DNA of 64,000 nt from Octopus vulgaris (Eukaryota). The DNA lies in the NCBI GenBank assembly GCA_951406725.2, contig OX597825.1:14446001-14510000 (forward strand), written 5' to 3'. The notes beneath the pieces were generated by a model. It saw nothing but the letters and a program-made list of their open reading frames with translations, did no database searches and was not told the origin of the DNA. The position numbers and the translations under genes are program-made. Positions 53,294 to 64,000 of this stretch are shown here, piece by piece (positions within the stretch are counted from its first letter, which is position 1; every line of letters starts with the position of its first letter).

Positions 53294-55442
53294 GATATTG
53301 AGTTCGAAACAAATTCCATAAATGAATGTTTATTATTTAAAGAAAACGCATTTCTATTTCATAGAACTTCTCTACAACAGTTATTAATTATAAACTCTTT
53401 GAAGAGACACCAGAGCATCACTCATTTCGTAGACGTGGTGAATTGTTACTCCGGCTATTGCTCCCGTGGTTTTAGAAGTAAAAACATTGACTTGCATTTA
53501 GTATTGTTTTTGTTATTGTTGTACGAGTATATACTTACTGTTTCGCTTATCAGTTTTGTTCTTCATACTTTTCCAAGTCTTATATATTATTCCATCCTTT
53601 GATTTATGAATATTTTCGTGTAAACGTTACTAATTTCTATGTGTAATATTGTTTTAAATATGTCACGTAACCTTGTGGCTACGCTTCACTGGTTTTCCTT
53701 ATAATACGGAAAGCTGCTGAATTCTATATTAAGCTGTCTTCAGTCTCATTTAGCCGTATGACGCCATCATATTATGCAAATTTATGTATTAACAGATTCG
53801 ATCTTCAATCAACCATTTACTTTTACCATATCTCACATGTATTCTGAATGGGATAGAATAAAAATATGAAAATCCATCTTAACGATTTTCTTTCAAAAGA
53901 AAATGAATGTTTCATTTAATATAAAATTGAAGTATCGACCGTCGAATTTAAGATAAATAACTCGGACTTATTTATGTTTCCAGTCGAAACGCTGGACGAA
54001 ATATTTCCGCAGAGATGAGCAATCTGTGTCTACTGAATTTGCTGAAGTAAAAATTCAAAGAAATTATGGACCTCACATAAATATATTCAACGTTGATATT
54101 CTTAAAATTAATCTGTTAATCTGGTTTTAGCTTTTCCTGCCACTTGCTGACACAACGGCTTTACGGTGTGAGCGAACAATATGATTTTAAATACACACTC
54201 TAGGTTTGTCCTTACAATTGTAAATATGTACCACTTGGCACGCCGTAGCTTTCCTTTACACTCTACGACTGATGGGTCATTTTAGTTCATAGATTATTTG
54301 AATTGAAATAATTGAATGATCGCAATGCATATTTCAGTGAAAGCTGGTTGTTTTCGCTCTGGCATTATTGTAGATAACAATTCTATTACGTGAAAACCTG
54401 AACGTTTTCTTCGGCCCTATTAAACCCAGCAGGTAGACCTACCTAGAATTGCAAAGTGCCCTGTTAAAATAGAACAAATTGGACAATGACCATCTACATA
54501 CATGAAAAAGACCGTATATTTACAGCTATCATACATTTTATCATGCATACACACAAACATGTGCACTAACAAACAAAGACACACATCCAGAAAGACACAT
54601 ACACGCACATACGTTGTGTATAATAATTCCATTTTATATATTGTAAAAAAAAACTACAGTAATTTACTCAAGGTGTTATGACCAAGTGCATTCCTCGGAC
54701 GGGACTTACTATTAGAGAAAAACATCGGCTCAGTCGAATAACAGAACGCAAATAGTATGCATTTTAACGGGTTTCGGATTGGTTATATCCGTCATGGCTT
54801 TCAGCAATTTTCTTGAGGTAAATAATTAATATCGACAAAATGAATCGTTCCCAGTTGTTCTATTTCTTATCTTAAAGTAAATGTTATTTCTGTAATGCCA
54901 CTTGCTAATTAAATCTATATCCTGTTGGAACACTGCTTTTTGAAAAGCCTGCAACAAATCTTGTCACGGTTTTCAAAGGCGTTTCTGCTAATGTATTCGT
55001 ATCTCCTACATCCTAAAATCGAACTCGATATGATAAAATTGGCATCTTTCTCCTCTAATTGTCAAACATAGCCAGGCAAATCTTTGGCGTTCTTCTTCTT
55101 TCTATACACGAAGTTGATTTATGGCATAATAATTCTTCAATATTGTTCATAAATGCCAACGTAAGATTTACTATATGGTAGATCCTGAAGAGGAGAGTAG
55201 ATGAGTAATATTACTTTTGTGTATTTGTTTTCAGTTTTTGTTACGTTCAATATTCCAATGGATGTTTACATGAGTGTGCCAAAATATAGCGGACGAAAAT
55301 ATATTTATTCTTTCCGGATATCAGAACTTATTTCTTATATTATGCGTATATTATAGAGCGATGTATTATTTGATGTATCCCTAATACTCGACCGTACACA
55401 AACATTACTACAAAATGATTTTGCAGCAAGAGGTATTTGAAA

Positions 55443-55847
55443 GACGGCGAGCTGGCAGAATCGTTAGCAAAATGCTTAGCGGTATTTCGTCTGCCGCTAC
55501 GTTCTGGGTTCAAATTCCGCCGAGGTCGACTTTGCATTTCATCCCTTCGGGGTCGATTAAATAAGTAGCAGTTACGCACTGGGGTCGATATAATCGACTT
55601 AATCCGTCTGTTTGTCCTTGTTTGTCTTCTCTATGTTTAGCCCCTTGTGGGTAGTAAAGAGATAGGTATTTCGTCTATCTTTACGTTGTGAGTTCAAATT
55701 CTGCCGAGGTCGACTTTGCCTTTCATCCTTTCGGGGTCGATTAAATAAGTACCAGTTACGCACTGGGGACGATATAATCGACTTAATCCGTTTGTTTGTT
55801 CTTGTTTGTCCTCTCTATGTTTAGCCCCTTGTGGGTAGTAAAGAAAT
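55443..55847 (+). mobile_element. SINE-B dimer with 12-bp TSD
   Basis: Junction GAGATAG|GTATTTCGTC at 55665; TSD AG(G/T)TATTTGAAA at 55431 and 55848. Confidence 0.9.
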
Positions 55848-56556
55848 AGTTATTTGAAATGATTGGATGGTCATACGAGAATGGATTCGATAGTAAGTGA
55901 CCTCCATCACAAACGACCATGGGCTAAACAAAAAGAATGATTTTAGCAGCTGCTGTAGTATTCTCTAAAGTAGCCATCTTTATAGATGTCTGGAAGATTA
56001 TTAGCATTTACTTCAGCAGCCTTGATATAATACAAATGTATCGTTAAAATACATAATACCCATAGACAAAACGGAGAAAGAGTCAAGAAAATTATATCGA
56101 ACTTCTGATATGGAAATAAATCTCTGATTCCTCCGTGGAAAGTATATCTGAGGAATTAGAAATAAATACCAATTTTATTTTCAATTCCTTCCAATTAGTT
56201 ATTAATCCACGCATCATTGCTCTATTAGTAGAACGAACTGGAATCATCTCGTGTTACACTCCCGGAATAATAGGTTTCTGAATGCATGATATTCATTTAT
56301 TCATTAGAAGATGAAAGAAAAGATTAGAACGTACCTAATGTGAATTGGATGGGTGTTAAAAAAGTTCTGCATTATCTTCTTCATTGCTTTCGTTAATACT
56401 TAGTCTTGGGAGGCACAGTTCTGCGAGACACACAGAAAAGAATACTATGCTTTAGACTAATTTAAGAGAGCTGCTCGGAGACTTACATTGTTTTCCGATA
56501 TGTCCATCATCAATTAATGTTCTTGATCCGAGTGGCGAATTAGGGCCTGACATCTA

Positions 56557-56942
56557 CTGGGGGATTCAAAAGTCTCCATACATAGGAAATATTTATTTTT
56601 TATTAAAAAAAAGTTTATAACATCTCGCAGATCCCCTGATCCCCTGATCTGACCCGTCTTGATTTCTATCTTTGGTGGGGGCATTTGAAAGGCATGATGT
56701 ATCAAAGAAAGATAAAAGACATTAAACATTTGTAGGAACGCATCACAAACTCATTTGCACACGTATCACCAGATATGCTATTACGAGTTCACAATGAATG
56801 GAGTTAACGTATTGCAATGCGTATTCAAAACAATGGTAACCATATACAGCTTGTTAAATAATAATAAAAAAACTGTTCATATAAACTGTTTCTTATGAAA
56901 AGATAAATTGGTCCTATGCATGGCGACTTTTGAATCACACAG
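56557..56942 (+). mobile_element. Internally deleted Tc1/mariner-superfamily element with TIRs and TA TSD
   Basis: TIRs CTGKGKGATTCAAAAGTCKCCATRCATAGGA at both ends flanked by TA; retains SPDLTRLDFYL..WGHLKGMMY (WPPRSPDLTPLDFFLWG-type, DD37D-like). Confidence 0.9.
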
Positions 56943-57239
56943 TATAACAGGTCTGCTGACTACATCTCAGTAATTTCATTTAAAATGGTGTGGTAGATGG
57001 CAGACAATAACACAATTTTTCCGGCTGGCGTCTAGTTGAAACGAGGAAAAAACTACAAGTGTTTGTCTGTGTGTGTGTGTGTGTCTGTGAGTGTGCGCGC
57101 GCCTATGTGTGTGTGCGTGTGTTCATGCGCTCTCATGATTGTTTGTGTGATTGTGTCATTTTACGTTGGTACATAAGCGACACAAGAAAATAAGGTTTCT
57201 AACATACGTCATTACCGCTCTCATTCTCTCACTATATAA

Positions 57240-57910
<671 letters not shown>

Positions 57911-58299
57911 AGTCAGAATATGTTATATAGAGATATCTATTCGTATAAAATGAATACATAAAAAGATAATGAAATCTCTCTCTCAGAGATTCTCTCCCCT
58001 TGAGGGATGTTTTTTCCCCACTTCAATTTCTTACCAAACCCTATTTCTCCCTACCTCTTAAGCTGAAAACAGCGACATATAGCGCCAACAGCAACGGCAG
58101 TTACCAGTCCAACTTCACACCTGAATGTATATATATATATATATATGAGTAGTTGAATGAATTATCTTATTAAGGATAATTCGAAAGATAACCGATACCT
58201 GGGTAGCAATTTCACATCAGAAAGAACACGGTTGAAGCTACGTCTCTAGGGCATAGACTACGTGTCTTCGTGCGGAAATTTGTATGTTTATTTTAAAAT

Positions 58300-58712
58300 T
58301 ATAAGTATATGAAAGAATGGAGTTGAACGACTAGTTAACAAATATCCTTTATTCTCGACATATGTTTCGAAGGGTGCATATTCCTAATTCCGAAGGAATA
58401 AGGAGTACATTATGCAAATTTCTCATCAGGAAGATCAAGGAACTTATGTCGACATCAAAATGCACAAAAAACGTTTAGCTGACGTCACTCCTTATAAAGA
58501 GACACTCATTATCGCCATGGGCTCCTTGTGAGCGGTCAGCTAAAAGCTTTTTGTGCATTTTGATGTCGACATAAGTTCCTTGATTTTCCCGATGAGAAAT
58601 CTGCATAATGTACTCCTTATTCCTTCGGAATTAGGAATATGCAGCCTTCGAAACATATGTCGAGAATAAAGGATATTTGTTAACTAGTCGTTCAACTCCA
58701 TTCTTTCATATA

Positions 58713-58718
<6 letters not shown>
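58300..58718. mobile_element. Inverted Penelope-like pLTR pair (palindrome; ~184-bp arms, ~51-bp spacer)
   Basis: 58300-58483 is the reverse complement of 58535-58718 with few mismatches; each arm has a hammerhead, AATAAA, and ends in TA-rich sequence. Confidence 0.9.
58345..58441 (-). ncRNA. Type I hammerhead ribozyme with intact core
   Basis: TCCTTGATCTTC-CTGATGA-GAA..TGCATA...TATGCA..TTC-GAAAC-ATAT-GTC-GAGAATAAAGGA; stem I 10/12 pairs; palindromic stem III ACATATGT; GUC triplet. Confidence 0.85.
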
Positions 58719-58782
<64 letters not shown>

Positions 58783-58785
58783 TAT

Positions 58786-58860
<75 letters not shown>

Positions 58861-58929
58861 CAGAAATAGTGAGATAGATAGATAGATAGAGAGACAGAGA
58901 CATTATTATATATTTATATTTATATATAC

Positions 58930-58982
<53 letters not shown>

Positions 58983-60519
58983 CATATACAAACATACGTA
59001 TGTATATATAATTACGTATATATGTATATAAATAAATAAATATATATATGTATGCACGTATTCATATGTGTATGAATATATATATATAATGTATTTACAA
59101 TAGATATATGTCTGTGTGTTTGTACTTGTGTTTGTGTGTGTATTTGTATAGACATTTATATCTATGTACAAATATGTACATTTGTGTATGCATGTGTGTG
59201 CGTGTGTGTGTATGTGTGGTGGAAGTTCTCATAGAAAAGAAATACATCGATCTAAATTGAGGTAATGAAACTGCAAATAGTGAATTCATTAGACATATTT
59301 ATATTTCAGGTAAAACTTCCCAAAATGCATCTCAGTTTGTTTACGTTGTAAGGATTCCCAAACAGCCATTAACTTTTGAATATACAACAGGAAACATTTT
59401 GATGTAGGTAAAGTGCCTGATATATTATACAATATCGCCCATTTTTGATCGGCTGGTTATTCAAAACTGTTTTAATTACAAATTTATAAATATGAAGATA
59501 AAATCGTTGAATGCGATATTCGTGTTAATACAGCAAATGGTTGATATGTTTGGAACCTGTATCAGTATTATATTAGACTTACTGTCGTTCAAAATGTTCG
59601 GATTTTATAATATTTCACAAAGTATTTCGATTAGCTATGAATAAATTATTTTGATAGAAATCCTATGAAATAATATATGTTCTCTAATCAGTAAAATTGA
59701 CAGCCGGCGTTAATCTGATTATAAGGTTTATAAATATTACTGACAAGTGTTAATACCTTTCAAATTATGCTATGACCATGAATATGTCCCAAATAATTTC
59801 AATTCCAAACGTAATTTTCTTCGGCTCCAATAATATTGCTCTGTACTCGTTGTCAGAGCAGTAGCACATTTCCAGTCAAAACTTATATGCATGTATATAT
59901 ATATATATATATATCTGTTCTTTCTTTCTTGGTCTGCCGTTGTCCGTGCAACATCGATATTCCTCCCTGTGTTCGCGGAACTTTGTATCACTGTCGTAAG
60001 GCTTCATTTCCACCCACCCCAGTTTAATTTAATTCGTCCTTTGTCGAAAGACACCTGATGTTATGTCTTGTTATTATTTTTATTGTATTTCTGTAACATT
60101 ACCTGTTTTTTGCACCCTTGTTTTTGTATACATTCGCTGCTTTCTTCCAAGGAATCTAATCCTCTTAGCTTACTTTTCCCTCGAGGCTGGCGAGATTGGA
60201 GCAATCTCAAGTATAATCAGCCGAATTTGCGAAGATAATCTGGTACTTGACTGAGGAAAGAAAACTTTGTATCGTCTATCTGGATGTTTTGTTGTCCCTT
60301 TTTTTATATCAACTAACTGTCTGGATGTTTTGCTTTTTTGTCCCATTTTGTATTTTATATATATATATATATATATGTGTATGTGTGTGTGGACAGTTTG
60401 ATTCATTTACGTTGCCGTTCATAATTTCAATTTGAGCCATTGTGAATATGAAATACATTCAAACATATACATATTACTGAATTGCAATACGCAATACACT
60501 GAGAAACTAGGGACATACA

Positions 60520-60862
60520 CTTTTACTTGTTTCAGCAAATCGACCCCGGAACTTATTCTTTGTAAGCCCAGTACTTACTCTATCGGTCGGTTTTGCCGAA
60601 CCGCTAAGTTACGGAGACCTAAACACACATGCATCGGTTGTCAAGCGATTTTGGGGTGACAAACACAGACACAAAACACACACACACACACATATATACG
60701 ACGGGCTTCTTTTAGTTTCCGTGTATCAAATCCACCCACAAGGCGTTGGTCGGTCTGAGGCTGTAGTAGAAGACACATGCCCAAGGTGCCACGCAGTGGG
60801 ACTGAAACCAGAACCATGTGGTTGGTACGCAAGCTACTTACCACACAGCCAATCCTACGCCT
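60520..60862 (-). mobile_element. SINE-A
   Basis: Family motifs on the minus strand; internal deletion in the tail. Confidence 0.88.
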
Positions 60863-61679
60863 ATACTGAAATAATTTAGAAGGTTGTATAAACAGCAATG
60901 AAACGTTAGGTAAATATTGTGAGATAATGTGATATGGTAAATTCTACCATTGCAAAATAACGTTATGCCATGTACTAATTGGGTATTCGATATAATTATA
61001 ATTAATCGTCTCCCTAATTTCTCTACCAAAAGTTGGCATTAAATTTTGATACGAGGGCAGCAATTAAGAGGAGAGTGCGTATCCATTACATACACACCTG
61101 TGCTCAACTGGTACTTATTCTAATCATCCTCGGAATGGATACTAGCGGAAATATTTACCCGCATCCAATATTTGCTTATTCGCTTCCAAACAAACCTTTT
61201 TATAGAATATATTAAATAAAATATCTTAATCATCTGACTGTTATTGAGGGAAGTTGCGTGCAGCTACCTAATCGGGTGCAACGGGTTTTATTGGATTCTC
61301 AGAAAATTCCTTTTAAGGTAAAATATGATTTACTGTTCGCGTTTATGAAATAGATTCTACCAGGTAAATTCAACATTTAATATCTTACGCGTTCGAAATA
61401 ACTGTTCGACCATAAGGAAAATAAATTACGAAATTTGTGCCACAGAAAAAATAAAATATGATACATACGATAATTAAAACACTACATTTAATATATGCGA
61501 GTTGGCTGAAAATACCTTCAAAGACCGATTTAGCCGACATCGACATACTTTTAGAAAGTTAATTCCTATCCTGTTTGTCGAACGGTTTTAACAAATGACA
61601 GTTTTAGAATATACATTCTTATCGAGGAGACAGAACATTCTAAATCATAAATATATATATATATATGGTGTATCATGAA

Positions 61680-62575
61680 GTACTGTTTCGTCGAAACGAA
61701 CTCCGGGAGAAAACAACAACTTTCAGATAGGGACCATCGGACTCTTACGCGAATTGTTAGAAAGGATCACAAAAGTACAGCTCCTAAAATTACTGCAGAG
61801 CTTAATGACCACCTCGGGAACCACGTTTCCACAAAAATTGTTCACCGGGAGCTGTACAAAGCCGGATTTCACGGGAGAGATGCAATAAGAAGATCACTAC
61901 TTTCAAAATAAACTTTGCAAAGCCTTGACCGTGGAGTAAAAAACCTAGAGAATTGGTCCCTAGAGCAGTGGGATAATGTTACTTTCTCAGACGATCCTTT
62001 ACGTTATTTCTGACTACCGGCCGAATATGCGTGTGGACACAGGCAAAATAAGCATTTAACCCAGACTGCCTTCTTCCAACTGTTAAACATGGTGGAGGAT
62101 CTGTGATGATCTTGGAAATCCGCCGGCCCAATGGTTTCCCTTAGTGGTAGAATTAATAGTCAAGGGTATTTAAGCATTTTATCTGATCAAATTCATTCTA
62201 TAGTTGCGGAGCTGTTTCTGGAGGGAAATGCAATCTTTCAGGATGATAATGCACCAATTCACACAGCTAAATTTGTTATTGAATAGCACGAGGAACATTT
62301 CAGTGAAGTTGAACATCTTGTCTGGCCACCACAGTCCCCAGATCTCAATATTTTCGAAGCATTTAAGGAGTAGATATCCTCCATCATCACTACAAGAACT
62401 AAAGGCTGTTGTACCTGAAGAATGAGCAAAACCACCTTAGGAAACAATTCAAAATTTGTATGTGTCCATGCCTCGTAGAACTGAAGGTGTGATCATTGCC
62501 AATGGTGGTCCTACCCCATATTAAAATAAATTTGCTTGAAATTTTAATTGTGTTTTCATTATTTTGCTGGCTGTA
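61680..62575 (+). pseudogene. Tc1-family (DD34E) transposase remnant
   Basis: NSGRKQQLSDRDHRTLTRIVRK..W..VTFSD..PTVKHGGGSVMI..FQDDNAPIHTA..WPPQSPDLN..SMPRR..NGGPTPY*, with stops and frameshifts. Confidence 0.93.
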
Positions 62576-64000
62576 GCGTATGATTGAACCATGAATAATA
62601 TAATATATATAGCTCAAACATTCCTTATACTTATAGGAAATTGAATCACTCACTCTTTTTCAGGACTTTATTATTTCCAACACTCAACGGAAAAAGTATT
62701 TTAGACACGTTGTAAACAAACTCTCAGAAGAAGAATTTGAGACAAGCTATATCATTCAATGACATCTCCTTCATAAACAATCGATACTTAATTAGTGGCC
62801 ACTGGAGCATCTTAAAATGTGCTCTATCGTCTGCCACTGCAGTGGCTATAAACCCTGTAAAATAGATCGTATCATATCAAGTAATTAACAGCTAATTAAC
62901 AATCCCGCCAACAATCCTACATGAGAGGTATCTTTTTTCACCAAGTCATTAGTCACTGTCGTAACGCACACACTCACATATACACTCACATATGCTCGTA
63001 AGCACACAAACACAAATACGCATACACACACATACACATACATACATAAACACACATTCAAACTAATGTACACATATACTCACATCTTGAATTAGACAGA
63101 TCTAGTAACAGATCTGCTCTGAGTACGTCTCTGTGAAATGTAATATAGTTGTATGCTGTGAGACCAACTGTAGATTATAAATGTGCAGAAGAATATTCCA
63201 TTCCTTGTTTACTTAATTAAAAATTTATCAAAATAATACGTAAAACGTAGTATGACACATTTTTAGCATATATTTCCATTATATATTCATATTTACAAAA
63301 TTAGAGAAAGAAAAATCTAACATAACAGACGACATGTGTTTTAAAAGCTGTAGCGACGTTTTCACAAACTAATTGCTTTAGATATCATAGTACAATAGCC
63401 TTAATTATTAAAACACGACAGAAAAACACAATTAGCTTTGTGTTAAGATATTTTGTTCATAGAATAGTTAAACTTTAAATCGGAATGGTTACTCGGCAAG
63501 ACAAAAAGCAATATTAGTCAATAAATGTTATTTTTCCTTTTTTTTTGTTTGGTTAGTGCACGGGGGAATACTCCGTACAACATTTCAAATTATTACTTAC
63601 GGTCCTACTGTCACGAATATTTATTTTCTATAATCCTTGAAGGATTGAAAAGTATTATTTCTACTCGTACAGTGTCTATTGTTTTAACTGTTCTCTGAAA
63701 ATGTCTTTATTTCCACGTAAATTAACATAAATTATCATAAAGTATCATAAATTGGTCATTTCTTCAGAGAATACGTCTACCTTGTTTTGTCTTGTTCGGA
63801 GGTATTATAATTAAGTTAAAAAGCTAGAATTATAACGGAATATTCTGACTTGTCCTAACTCAGCCTCTAAACATATCCCACACTCTTCACGTGGAAAAGT
63901 CACATTATATTTTAGAACCTGATGCACCTCTTAAGTAACAGGATGGTCACCTGTAGAGTGTCTTTAATCATAGGCCTGTTCCCTTCGAATGATCTGGAGC

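Overview
AT-rich animal non-coding DNA saturated with microsatellites ((TA)n, (TG)n, (AAT)n, (ATCT)n, (ATGT)n) and transposable elements. The repeat repertoire suggests a coleoid cephalopod, probably Octopus (inference, not verified). There is no confident host gene, only one weak candidate exon. Nearly all ORFs in the track are microsatellite or SINE artefacts. Recognisable elements: four tRNA-headed SINE families (labelled A-D here, several with TSDs); decayed mariner, Tc1, DD37D-like and Tigger-like DNA transposons; two non-autonomous Helitrons; and LINE remnants of the CR1, RTE, L1/Tx1 and Dong/R4 types. Two systems stand out. (1) A short protein-coding, RT-less retroelement family whose 3' end joins SINE-A at the same nucleotide of its tRNA head three times, once with a 16-bp TSD. 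Two diverged copies share a CIDxPxWP domain, and the 3' tail resembles that of a Tx1/L1 remnant in the window. (2) Penelope-like pseudo-LTR elements carrying type I hammerhead ribozyme motifs in inverted arrangements, including a tRNA-headed (Pol III) version and a 420-bp palindrome with an intact hammerhead core. All alignments were done by eye, so boundaries are approximate.
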